Assembly (NCBI GenBank): GCA_963801605.1
Contig: CAWDFP010000006.1
Span: 320,001 to 384,000, forward strand
Direction: 5' to 3'
Source: an uncultured candidate division Zixibacteria bacterium
GTDB taxonomy: Bacteria; Zixibacteria; MSB-5A5; UBA10806
DNA: 64,000 bases
Both the position numbers and the translations under genes were made by a program. Numbering within the stretch: the first letter of the stretch is position 1; every line of letters begins with the position of its first letter. Shown here one piece after another: positions 34,117-45,444 of this stretch. The notes under the pieces were generated by a model that was given only the letters and a program-made list of their open reading frames with translations, was not told where the DNA came from and searched no databases.

Positions 34117-34343
34117 CTACGGATTTCCTTGAAACAGAGAGAATTATCTTAGGTTTCATCGGCAGGATTCTATCGCCCATACCTGCCTGCATTTTCCCCC
34201 AACTACTTCCCCTTCACTTGCTATAACCATTTAGCCCTGGTATCGAGTTCCTTGATTATTAGTAAATATATCCGGGCAGGGAGCCTTAGCTCCCCCTAAA
34301 TAAAAATGCCCCGCTTTTCTAAGTTGGGGACCAGCAATAATTA

Positions 34344-34524
34344 AGGCCGGAGTTCGGGAATTTGAAAGTGCACACTGTTTTTAGCTACGATAAAGGATTT
34401 TAATGCCACCGGTCGCTTTTTGCGTTCGCTCTCCCCGGAACCCGGGGGTCATGGCGTAAGCTCATCGCCGGGTGCTCCTTCATTGGTTAGGTGTAAGCCT
34501 TTCAAATTTGCCTACGTCCGGCCT
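34344..34524 (-). ncRNA. Candidate 181-nt rod-shaped ncRNA (6S-like or unknown)
   Basis: Nested end-to-end pairing aggccgga/tccggcct, aatttgaaag/ctttcaaatt, acac/gtgt, aagga/tcctt, ccccgg/ccgggg; promoter directly upstream; no ORF. Confidence 0.55.
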
Positions 34525-34530
34525 GACTTT

Positions 34531-34558
34531 AAACTATCAAATGCTATCAAAAAAGCAA
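34531..34558 (-). promoter_or_regulatory. sigma70-type promoter for the candidate ncRNA
   Basis: TTGCTT-16 nt-TAGTTT with extended -10 TG, ending 6 nt before the first paired base. Confidence 0.5.
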
Positions 34559-34633
34559 GTTAAATGTTCGTCTATTAATTTATCGGCGATATCGAAGGCG
34601 GCTTAAGGGGGAATATTCTATTGAGCAAAGAAA

Positions 34634-35339
34634 TTAATAGTACACTGCTAAATTGTCGGTAATTTCCAAAAGGTGCTTCAAATGTGAGTATTCGATTAGC
34701 AGAACAATCACTATTGATACTGACAAGATAACCGTCACAGCCATATATATTCCGGTTTTATATCTTTGTCTGATCGAGGATATAAAGACAGCAAGATACA
34801 GAGCATAAAGGGCGCTTATCGCGGAAAGTTTTGTTAACATTGCTTTTTGAATATCTAACAAGGTTTGTGGAGATAAATTTAGAATTCCTTCGGCGGTTTT
34901 CCAAAAGTATATATTCATGACAACAAATACAAAATAAAAAAAAGAAGCAATTGCCAATTGGATATAAAATCCCTTCCAGTTTTCAAATTCGGGCGGTCTA
35001 ATCTGGCCGGGTTCAATAATATCTGCCTGAACCTCATTTCGAGTAAAGCTTCTGTCGTACTCGGTTTTGCCACAGGCTGGGCATCTTACCAATCTGGAAT
35101 CAATGGCGTTGATGGCCATGATATTTGGAATTGTAGAAAGAGCGAAATATCTATCGCATTGAGCGCATTGATAAACAATTTGACGAGAGAGCCGCCAGAA
35201 AAAACCATAAAGCAGCTACACCGAATTCCAGGATAGCTATTCCTGTTAAGAACGGGCTTTTGGGAATCAACAATGAAGTAACACTTACCACGCCAACTAC
35301 CAGCCCAGCGAAGAGAAACAACATTAGTAATGATTTCAT
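34634..35339 (-). CDS. Membrane protein with zinc-ribbon; ORFs 35151..35339 and 34634..35119 joined across a frameshift near 35190
   Basis: The second ORF's frame reads upstream as VYQCAQCDRYF...VRCPACGK (paired CxxC), flanked by TM helices; start abuts the thiC stop. Confidence 0.6.
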
Positions 35340-36618
35340 CTATTTAGGTTTCCCATCCAGCACCTCAAAGACACAGAACGGGCCGCACATCGAGCAGTAG
35401 TGGCTGTTATTTATCCGGGGATCTCGCAAGCATTCCTCGCGACGAATTTCGGTAAATTTGGTTTTGTCGATAGAATATTTATGCATTCCTTCCCAGTCCA
35501 CGGCGGCGCGGGCCAGGGCCATCTGATGATCCTGTTCCTTGGCCTTTTTATTTCCGTTGGCTATATCGGCGATATGAGCGGCAATCTTGGAGACTACCAC
35601 ACCCTCACGAACATCGGCGATATCCGGCAAGCCGATATGCTCTTTGGGTGTTACATAGCAAAGGAAATCGGCCCCATGCATACCCGCTAATGCGCCGCCA
35701 ATGGCGCAGGCGATATGATCATAACCTACAGCGATATCCGTAGGCAGCGGACCCAAAACATAGAATGGGGCGTTGGCGCAATACTTTTTCTGAAGCTTCA
35801 CATTCTTCTCGATCTCGTGAAGCGGGATATGTCCCGGCCCCTCAATAATTACCTGGACACCCTTATCGCGGGCAATCTGAGCCAGTTTGCCAATTGTCTT
35901 AAGCTCTCCAATCTGGGCTTTATCGGTGGCATCGTCGATACATCCCGGCCGCAAGACCGTCACCCAGGCTGATCGTAATATCATATTCTTTGGCGATATC
36001 GAGAACTTTATCGAAATGCTCGAAGAGGAAGTTTTCTTTCTTGTTATGCTTCATCCAGGCCAGAAGCAGCGCCCCGCCGCGGCTGACACATTTCATCACG
36101 CGCTTTTCAACCAAAGGAAAGGCCTTGCGAGTGACTCCGGCATGAATGGTAATATAGTCAACACCGTCCTCAGCATGCTTATGCAGCACTTTCAAATAAG
36201 TATCGATAGTCATGTCCTCGAATCTTCCCGATTCGAGAGCGCACTGGTAGATTGGTACTGTACCGAGGGGCACCTCGCACTTTTCCAGAATGCTCTTTCT
36301 GGTACCATCGATATCTTTGCCGGTACTTAAGTCCATCACGGTATCGGCTCCGGCCTGGACTGCGGTCGAGAGCTTAACAAGCTCGGTTTCGAGTGTCGAT
36401 TTTATAGCCGAGGTTCCGATATTGGCATTTACCTTGACCTGCAGGCCCTTGCCGATACCGATAGGTTTGAGGTTTTTGTGATTTTTATTGGCGGGGATAA
36501 CGATAGTCCCATCGCATATCCCTTTTTTCAACCATTCGATATCTACACCCTCAATTTGAGCAACATATCTCATCTCTTCAGTGGTCTGGCCTTGCCTGGC
36601 TTTTTCGAGTTGCGTCAT
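35340..36618 (-). CDS. thiC: Phosphomethylpyrimidine synthase (short ThiC type); frameshift near 35953
   Basis: MTQLEKAR, KVNANIGTS, DTVMDLSTG, GTVPIYQ, VSRGG, SLGDG/LRPG, EGPGH, LCYVTPKEH, CSMCGPFC. Confidence 0.88.
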
Positions 36619-36760
36619 ATTTTTAAGCCTCTATTACTAATCCAAAATTACAAATTGATTCCCGGCATTTTTCAAACCCGGCGGATTTTTAAGCTATCAT
36701 AAAGGGTAAGCAATTAAATTTAATAGGACAAGAATAATTATGCCTTGGGGGATTTCGTTT

Positions 36761-38059
36761 TCAGCGCGTATAGCGCAAAATATGGAGCCCGGCATGATCC
36801 ACAAAATAGATATTGCCATTCAGGACTTCGATGGCATCGATCCCCTCGCGGTCAAAATAAAATGAGGCATAGGTAAGTGACGGCGCGACGGTGATATCAA
36901 TGATCTTAAGCCCGTCGTAATAGCCAATATAGGCCAGGTTATCCTGGATCTGAATACAGCGAGTATGCTCGCCTATCGCAAAAGTACCGGCCAGTATCGG
37001 ATTGTTGCGGTCGGCGATATTAATGATATATAGATCGGAAGTTGTATTTAATACATAAGCATAATTAGTGTAAGTCGTGGAGCTGCTCAAGTGAACTTTC
37101 CTGGCGCCCCCGGGGATATCCACCCGTCCCATGGGAGTTGGCCACATATTACTGGCAATATCGATTATCTGAAGACCGGAATCGCCGCAGGCCAGGTAGG
37201 CATAGCCGGGATCGGTGGCGATATCGAGGATGGTTGGCGCGGATGCCATCCAAAAATGCCCGTCGATATGCATCTCTGATGGATACAGGATGTCGATTAT
37301 TTGTAAGCTGTCACCGTCGACAACATAAAGATAGTACCGGTCGGGAGGAAATCCCAGCCAACTGAACGCCGAGGCATTTCCGGGAGTATCGCATTCACCC
37401 AACAGCGCTGGATGAGCAGGATCATCGTAATTTACCGCTTGAACTCCTCTATTGCCAAGTGCCAGATAGAGATTATCGTGAAACAAAATGGATTTAATCT
37501 CACCGGGCGCTGTGTAGGTACTGGCAAGTTGCGGAGTCGCCGGGCTGGCGATATTTATTCCATATACTCTGGCATCGCTGGTTGCGATATAAGCGTAATT
37601 GCCGTCAAACACCATCGAGGAGTTAAACGCCAAAAGCGGATATTCGCCAACGAGAGACATCCCGCGCACTAAGGTTTGGGCGGTCGCTACATTGGATGGA
37701 GTCGATTTTGCGTTGCCTTTCTCGGCGAGGACATAATATGAATAGCTGGTACTGTCGAGAAGATCGATATCGATACACGAGGTAGTATTATAAAACAGCC
37801 GTTGGCAGACGACGAAGGAATCAGCGTCTCCTTCTCGTCGGTAGATAACGAAATAATGTTCATCGTTGGAGTTATCGGCCCAGGCAAGCTGAATGGAATT
37901 TGACGATATCACCTCGGCAGTAAGCCCTGATGGCGCCTCCGGCGGGATGAGATCTACAGGTGGATTGTTGCTGTTATCATCGGGATTGACGGAGTGTTTG
38001 ACACCACAGCCAGGGAAGCTTAAAAGCATCAAGATTATTATTAACGCAACTTTCTTCAT
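36761..38059 (-). CDS. Lipoprotein with FN3 domain and LVIVD-type propeller repeats
   Basis: Lipobox-like FPGC; PEAPSGLTA..IQLAWADNS FN3; repeats YAYLACGDSGLQIIDI. Confidence 0.75.
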   Translation of the reverse strand: MKKVALIIILMLLSFPGCGVKHSVNPDDNSNNPPVDLIPPEAPSGLTAEVISSNSIQLAWADNSNDEHYFVIYRREGDADSFVVCQRLFYNTTSCIDIDLLDSTSYSYYVLAEKGNAKSTPSNVATAQTLVRGMSLVGEYPLLAFNSSMVFDGNYAYIATSDARVYGINIASPATPQLASTYTAPGEIKSILFHDNLYLALGNRGVQAVNYDDPAHPALLGECDTPGNASAFSWLGFPPDRYYLYVVDGDSLQIIDILYPSEMHIDGHFWMASAPTILDIATDPGYAYLACGDSGLQIIDIASNMWPTPMGRVDIPGGARKVHLSSSTTYTNYAYVLNTTSDLYIINIADRNNPILAGTFAIGEHTRCIQIQDNLAYIGYYDGLKIIDITVAPSLTYASFYFDREGIDAIEVLNGNIYFVDHAGLHILRYTR

Positions 38060-38388
38060 TTCATCCTCACGAGGAACGGTGCAGCTATCGCCTGAGCGGG
38101 CGACGGGTAATGGATAATTTGGTTTAATATAGAAAATGAGACACTAATTTGTCAAACATACCGACCCTCCCACCTTGCATCCCCAAATCAAATCTATTAT
38201 ATTGCCAGATTATCCACGCGACGGCGATAAAATTGGCTAAAGCGTGGGTAATATATGGGAGTAAAATGAATAAAATGGACGGGCTAAAATCTATCGCTTG
38301 ACAAGGAGGTGTTACTGCTCATTATATTAATGCACTTATGAGCAGTTTTTATGAAACGAGACATTAAGACGTTACAGGATATAGCATT

Positions 38389-41218
38389 ATGACACCTTCC
38401 AATCTGGTTATTCAGGGAGCCAGAGAGCACAATCTTAAAGAATATCGATATCACCATCCCGCGCGGGAAGTTGGTGGTAATTACAGGCTTATCCGGGTCC
38501 GGTAAATCATCTTTGGCGTTTGATACCATCTACGCCGAGGGTCAACGGCGATATGTCGAATCGCTGTCGGCATACGCACGGCAGTTTCTGGGCCTCATGG
38601 AAAAGCCGGATGTTGACTTTATCGATGGCCTCTCGCCTGCAATCTCGATTGAGCAACGTACCTCGGCCAAGAATCCCAGATCAACGGTAGGAACCGTAAC
38701 AGAAATTTACGATTACCTGCGTCTCCTTTACGCTCGTATCGGGACTCCGCACTGCTACAAATGCGGCCGTCCCATAACTCAACAGACCGTTCAGCAAATT
38801 TCCGATACCATCATGGAGCTTCCCGCTAACAGCAGAATTCAAATCATGGCGCCGTTGGTCAGGGGACGGAAAGGTGAATACCGCGAAATATTCGAGACGG
38901 TCAAACGCGAGGGGTATGTGCGGGTGCGCGTTGACGGCGAGGTGCATGATGTTGAAGAGCCGATTACGCTCGACAAGAAGAAAAAGCATTCTATCGAAGT
39001 GGTGGTTGACCGCCTGGTAATAAACAACGGTGTCCAAAAGCGTCTGACCGATTCGCTTGAGATCGCCTTGAAGCTTGGCCAGGGACTTCTGATTGTCGAT
39101 CAGGGGGGCAAAGGTGATACGGTTTACTCCGAGCAGTTCGCCTGCCAGTACTGCGGTATATCGTACGAAGAGCCGCAGCCTCGGATGTTCTCATTTAACT
39201 CTCCTTATGGCGCTTGCCCGGTTTGCCTGGGATTGGGATACAAGATGGAACTCGATGATGATCTTGTTATCCCCGATAGAAATTTGTCCATTGCTCAAGG
39301 CGCTATCGCCCCCTGGGGCATTCCTCGCGGTAACTATTATTTCGGAATGATACGCGCGGTAGCCGATCATTACGGAATAAATCTGCGTAAACCATTTAAG
39401 GATCTTTCGGAAAAGGCTCAAAAGACACTTCTTTATGGCTCCGGTCGCGAGGAGATCAAATTCTCCTGGGAGCGCACCGATGGCAAAGGGACCTGGGAAA
39501 ACTACAACCGTTTCGAGGGGATAGTAAATAATCTCAAACGGCGGTACCGTCAAACAGATAGCCAGAGTATCCGTGAGTGGATTGAACGCTTCATGTCGAT
39601 CAAGCCGTGCGAAGGATGCGGCGGAGCGCGTTTGAAAAAAGAGGCTCTGGCTGTAAAGATCGAGGAAAAATCAATTGCAGAGCTAACCGCCTTGCCTGTC
39701 AAACAAGCCAATGTCTTTTTCGAAAACCTGAAGTTATCAGCCAAACAAAAAGCAATAGCCCGTCAAATACTAAAAGAGGTCAAAGAGCGCCTGGGATTTC
39801 TTATAAATGTCGGGCTTGATTATCTGACGCTCGATCGCTCCGCCCAAACTTTATCGGGCGGCGAGGCCCAGCGTATCAGGTTGGCAACCCAGATCGGCTC
39901 GCGCTTGACGGGTGTGCTTTATATCCTGGATGAACCATCGATTGGGCTTCATCAGCGCGACAATCAGCGGCTGCTCGACACGCTTTTTTCGCTGCGAGAT
40001 ATCGGCAATACGGTCCTGGTGGTCGAGCATGACCGTCAGACAATGGAATCGGCCGATTATATTATCGATCTTGGTCCCGGAGCCGGCAAAAACGGCGGCA
40101 CCGTGGTAGCTCAGGGGACGCCGGACGAGATCAAGCGTTCTCCAAAATCTCTGACCGGCAAATATCTTTCGGGCAAGCTTGAAATTCCGGTCCCTGAAAA
40201 GCGCCGAAAGGGGACAGGCTCCAAAATCGTTCTTCGAGGGGCGCGCGGCAATAATCTTAAGAATATCGATATCGAATTCCCGCTGGGGAAGTTGATTTGT
40301 ATAACGGGCGTTTCCGGCTCGGGCAAATCAACACTTGATCAATGAGACCCTGTATCAGATTTTATCGAAAGAGTTTTACGGTTCTCGGACGGCGCCATTG
40401 CAGTACCGCGAAATAGTGGGCTTGAAAAATATCGACAAGGTAATTGCAATCGATCAATCACCCATCGGACGGACCCCGCGGTCCAATCCGGCAACATATA
40501 CCGGGCTGTTTACGCCGATCCGCGATCTGTATACTCAGATTCCGGAATCTAAGGTACGCGGTTATGGGCCGGGACGATTCTCTTTCAATGTGCGCGGCGG
40601 ACGATGCGAAACTTGCGAGGGTGATGGCATCATCAAGATTGAGATGCACTTTTTGCCCGATGTCTATGTCCCCTGCGAGGAGTGCAAGGGGGCGCGTTAC
40701 AACCGCGATACCCTGGAGATTAAGTTTAAGGGGAAATCGATCTCCAACGTGCTCGATATGACTGTCGATGAGGCGCTGGAGTTTTTCGACCGTATCCCGC
40801 GTATCAAACGCAAACTGGAAACGCTGGTTGGTGTCGGTCTTGGGTATATCCATCTCGGCCAGCAGGCTACCACGCTTTCGGGCGGCGAGGCCCAGCGCGT
40901 CAAGCTTTCGACTGAGCTGTCGAAAGTGGCCACCGGCAATACTTTTTATATTCTCGATGAGCCAACCACGGGCTTGCATTTCGAGGATATCAAGATGCTT
41001 CTAAATGTGCTCAATACGCTTGTCGAGCGCGGCAATACGGTGGTGGTGATCGAGCACAATCTCGATGTCATCAAGACTGCCGACTGGATTATCGATCTCG
41101 GTCCCGAGGGCGGCGATGAAGGCGGTAAGGTAATCGCCACCGGGACACCGGAGCAGGTGGCCAAAGTCGGCAAAGTTACACCGGGCAGTTTTTGAAGGAA
41201 GAGTTGAGTACAAAGTAA
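38389..41218 (+). CDS. uvrA: Excinuclease ABC subunit A; frameshifts near 38437, 40335 and 41173
   Basis: Start [17 protein letters not shown] at 38389; [31 protein letters not shown] twice; zinc fingers; corrected end [13 protein letters not shown]. Confidence 0.95.
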
Positions 41219-41273
41219 GAATGAGTTGACTTTTAAGTTATGCTAAGTTAAATAACGATTAATAAGGATTCCT

Positions 41274-42472
41274 ATGGAAAACATTAATAAAGAAAGAAGC
41301 CCATTCTATCCTGGACAACCGGTTCCTGTGGATTTATTTACAGGAAGGCTTGAGCAGATTAATCGTATAGCAAGATCTGTAAGACAAGTGGAATTGGGCA
41401 AACCGCAGGCCATTTTCCTAACCGGCGAATATGGCATTGGGAAAAGCTCTCTCGCCGGATTTATGAGGATTCTTGCCGAGAAGGAAAACAAGCTAGTAAG
41501 TATTTATACGCTATTAGGAGGGATAAATAGTATTGAAAAATTAGTTTCCAAAATAGTGGAGGCAGCAATTCATGGGCAGGCTTACGAGCCCACCAACACG
41601 GAAAGAATGCGGAATTTTCTTTCGAAATATATTGGAAAACAAGAGTTATTTGGAGTAAGTATTAATTTTGATGCATTACGCGCAGATACCCCCAATATTT
41701 CAAGCGGATTTTTGCCTTTTTGAGAAGTCTTTTTGAGAGGCTTAAGGATAACGATGTAAAAGGTATAATAATAATATTAGATGAAATCAATGGTATTGCA
41801 TCCAATCCCGAATTTGCACATTTTATTAAAAGTCTGGTTGACGATAATGCGCTCAACAGGAATCCTATCCCATTAATGCTCTTAACTTGCGGAGTAAAAG
41901 AGCGATTAGGCGAAATGATTCAAAATCATCAACCGATCGAACGGATATTTGATATAATCGAAATATGCCCCATGACCAAAGAAGAAATGCGTGATTTCTT
42001 CCTAAAATCATTTAGCTCTGTCGATATTAAGGTAAATGATGATGCGTTAGATCTTCTCTGCCATTACTCGGCTGGGTTTCCAAAGATAATGCATATTATT
42101 GGTGATGCTACGTTTTGGATCGATAAAGATAATATTATTGACGCAAATGACGCTTCCACTGGAATATTACTGGCGGCCGATGAAGTTGGAAAGAAATTCT
42201 TCGATCAACAAGTTCTCAAAGCCCTGAGAAGCAAGGATTACCATATCATTCTTACAAAGCTGGGTAAGTCGCAATTTGATTTGTCTTTTATCAAAGCCGA
42301 TATAGAAAAAGGGCTTACTGAAAGCGAAAAAAAGAAATTTAATAATTTTTTACAAAGAATGAAAAAGTTGAAAGTGCTTAGTTCTGGCGAAGAGCGTGGC
42401 GAATATATTTTCAATAGCCGCCTCGTAAGGCTTTACGTTCTATTAAAATCACTTGAAAAACCAATCGAGTAA
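41274..42472 (+). CDS. AAA+/archaeal-type ATPase with probable C-terminal winged helix; frameshift in the T-run near 41717
   Basis: SPFYPGQPVP..FTGR, Walker A GEYGIGKSS, Walker B IIIILDE, SAGFPKIMH. Confidence 0.75.
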
Positions 42473-42616
42473 TAGCAATATTTTTAACTTCCATACTTGT
42501 CAATTTAGCAAATATTATTTACCGATCAAGTCTTAGACTGATAATGGCAATTTAATTATTCTCTTCAATAAAATAACAGGTTATCAAATTCTTGATATTA
42601 ACTATTATATTAGAAT

Positions 42617-43360
42617 ATGAGCAATTCCACCAAAATCTCCTGGACCCGCGCCTCCTGGAACCCCATTACCGGCTGCAGTCGCGTCAGCGCTGGCTGTGCT
42701 CATTGCTATGCTGAACGGATGGCAGGCAGGCTCCAGAAAATGGGCCAGGCCAAGTACATAAACGGATTCAAGGTAACGTTGCATGATGATGCTCTCGCCC
42801 TCCCTCTCACCTGGAAAAAGCCGCGTCTAATCTTCGTCAACTCTATGAGCGATATCTTCCATAAAGATGTGCCGTTATCTTTCATCCAGAAGATATTTAC
42901 GGTGATGCGCCAGGCAGACTGGCATATCTTCCAGCTTCTCACCAAGCGCTCGGAGCGGATGGCGTCCCTTGCGCCCAAGATCGATTGGCCGGAGAATGTC
43001 TGGGCCGGCGTGACGGTGGAATCAGCCGATTACTACAATCGTCTTGATGATCTCCGCCGCGTGCCAGCCGCGCTTCGCTATGTATCTGCGGAGCCGATGC
43101 TGGGTCCGATGCCTGATTTTCCGTTGAAAGGAATCGATTGGATAATCTTGGGCGGCGAATCCGGCCCCGGCGCCCGTCCGATGGAAAAGCGCTGGGTGAT
43201 CGATATGAGAAACCGCTGCAAGAAAAACGACGTGCCCTTCTTCTTCAAGCAGTGGGGCGGCACAAATCGTCAGGAGACCGGCTGCCTGCTTGACGGTAAA
43301 TACTACCACGAGATGCCAAGCCTCAATTCCCAATCAGCAGATTTGCTACTGGGTCTGTAA
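42617..43360 (+). CDS. DUF5131 / phage Gp37-Gp68 family three-Cys (radical-SAM-like) protein
   Basis: ISWT..SWNPITGCSRVSAGCAHCYA, FVNSMSD, FQLLTKR, SAEPMLG, WIILGGESG, FFFKQWGG. Confidence 0.9.
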   Translation: MSNSTKISWTRASWNPITGCSRVSAGCAHCYAERMAGRLQKMGQAKYINGFKVTLHDDALALPLTWKKPRLIFVNSMSDIFHKDVPLSFIQKIFTVMRQADWHIFQLLTKRSERMASLAPKIDWPENVWAGVTVESADYYNRLDDLRRVPAALRYVSAEPMLGPMPDFPLKGIDWIILGGESGPGARPMEKRWVIDMRNRCKKNDVPFFFKQWGGTNRQETGCLLDGKYYHEMPSLNSQSADLLLGL

Positions 43361-43564
43361 ATGCTATTAAGGGTAAACACATTTGTTTGCCCCCATGAAA
43401 TTTAAAAAAGCTATTCGTGCAATCCATATAAGCATTATCAAACAATCTGCATTTTACTGCATAATACCTATCTAATTCAATCTGTCTTAATTGGATATGC
43501 GAAATCCAAAACGCGTTCAAAGTGCATTTTGAATTCCAGAGGCTATATAAGTAGAAGGAGTATT

Positions 43565-44080
43565 ATGCACAGCTTAATGGAATTAAAACGCCCTGACAGC
43601 CTTGATGAAATCAACGCCCTCTTTGGAGATATTGAACGCTATATGATACCTTCACCGAGCGGAACATTAACTCTTGATCCCGCATTCGAGCAGAAATATA
43701 TCAAACGCGCCAAGCTCCCTTATCAACTTCGAGCCGCCTGGGATCATAGCAAGAAAATAGCGTCTATTCGGTGTCATTATCTGTTAGCTGACCGCTTTCA
43801 GGCTGTTTTTGAATCGATCTCCTCAAAGGATTTAGGGGCACAAACCTGCTTTTTGGGAGGATGCTACTGTTTCCGTCAAAAAAGAAATGGTCCCGGAATC
43901 TCAACCCACTCCTGGGGAATCGCCATCGATATCAATCCCGAAACTAATCAACATGGAAAGCCGGGCGATATGAATCCTGAGATTGTGGAAACATTCAAGA
44001 ATTTCGGTTTTATCTGGGGCGGCGATTGGAACGGAAAGGCGCGCGACCCGATGCATTTCCAATATTGCCGAGGATATTGA
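43565..44080 (+). CDS. M15 family peptidoglycan peptidase
   Basis: AAGGAG RBS; STHSWGIAIDIN, FIWGGDW and DPMHFQ motifs. Confidence 0.85.
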   Translation: MHSLMELKRPDSLDEINALFGDIERYMIPSPSGTLTLDPAFEQKYIKRAKLPYQLRAAWDHSKKIASIRCHYLLADRFQAVFESISSKDLGAQTCFLGGCYCFRQKRNGPGISTHSWGIAIDINPETNQHGKPGDMNPEIVETFKNFGFIWGGDWNGKARDPMHFQYCRGY

Positions 44081-44112
44081 ATAAAAAAAGGGCGAGATTA
44101 GTCTCGCCCTAA
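44081..44112. terminator. Terminator hairpin between convergent genes
   Basis: A-run then agggcgaga-ttag-tctcgccct (T-tract on the minus strand). Confidence 0.75.
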
Positions 44113-44133
44113 TTCACTAATCGAAAAATCTAA

Positions 44134-45430
44134 TTAACGGTTAAAAGCTCGATCGCTGAACTTGGCTACTTCTTTTACCCTTTCGGAAATCATTGAGACA
44201 TGGTCAGCGGCATAAAAATCGTCAAACCCGCTGTATATCTGGAAAGTATGCGTTTTCCCCGCTCCGGTAACCAATTCGTCGAAAATCGCGGCCTGCTGGT
44301 TTAGTCCCAGATCGTCATGATCGCCGGCATCAAAGTATAGAGCCGTGGAATCGAATACGCCTGCGGCGCCCGATGCAAAAATTGCCGTTACATCATTGGT
44401 CATCCAATGATTCATCCAAACGGTGCTATCAATCTCTCCCAAAACATTGAACGGCAAATCGACATAGCCGGCAAACTGATTGGTAGTAAAACGATGGGCC
44501 ACTGATGTATCGGGATTAGCCGGATCATGCGGACTGAATGCCGAGGCCATAGCAAACATCATATCGGTTAGCCTCTTGCCCGGACCGGGAGTAATTCTAT
44601 AAAAAGCGGCAGTATCTCCGGGAGTAAAGCCGTTTTCGGCAAACACGACAGGTAACATCGGTAGAACGCCCTGCATCACCAGGACCCCGCTCATTGATGC
44701 CGCTGAGCCAAACAGATCATTTCTCAACATTGCCAACTTAACTGCGCCGTAACCTCCCATGGAGTGGCCGGCGAGGCCGCGATGCAAACGGTCGGTCTTT
44801 GTATTGAATACCGAGTCAACCACATGTACCACTTCATTGGTAATAAAATCCTGCATCCGTCCGGCATACGATTGCCCGTTAAATTCGGGGGAATTAGTGT
44901 AAAAGCTTCCACCGAGATTATTGGTGGCATTCGGAGTTGCCACGATCATAGGCTGAATCTGGCCGCTGGTGATAAGCTCATCCATAACTCCGGCAAGATC
45001 ATAAAGGCCCTTGAAATAATCCTGATCGCCATTATAACCATGTAACAGATACAGCACCGGGTAATAGGTTCCCCAGGATGTATCACCATACACAAAGAAA
45101 GTGTCTGGCGGGATGAGAATAATGGAATCCGCAGGCACTCCGCCGGTAGTATCGCCATAGACCAGCGTTTCTGGGCGGTGCAATACTGTCCCATCCAGTC
45201 GCTATCGGCTTCAGGGTATCGGCCGGATTGTATCCCGGAGGAGTATAAACCAGGATTTGGCGATTCCAGTAATCCTGCATTTTATCACCCCTTATCGACG
45301 GGGAATCAAAAAAGAGCGACCAATAACGACCGTGCTGCGTGGTCATATCAACTGGATTGGCCCGCTTGGAACATTGCGCCAGGATCAACGCACCAATTAG
45401 ACTAAGTAGAATTATTGCATATTTTTTCAT
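44134..45430 (-). CDS. Lipoprotein alpha/beta-hydrolase (esterase family); frameshift near 45185
   Basis: Signal ending LAQC; VYTPPGY, YPVLYLLHG, GHSMGG nucleophile, DAGDHD, ADH. Confidence 0.8.
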
Positions 45431-45444
45431 CTTTTTCCTCCGCC

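Noticed and set aside
33961..34633. RNase P, tmRNA, SRP RNA or fluoride riboswitch in this gap
   Set aside because: GAGGAAAGTCC, tRNA-like tmRNA ends and the SRP GGAA/AGCAG loop were not found; the ggcgat..gatga similarity lacks the riboswitch pairing
38208..38219. Single DnaA-box-like TTATCCACG upstream of uvrA
   Set aside because: An isolated one-mismatch 9-mer is expected by chance
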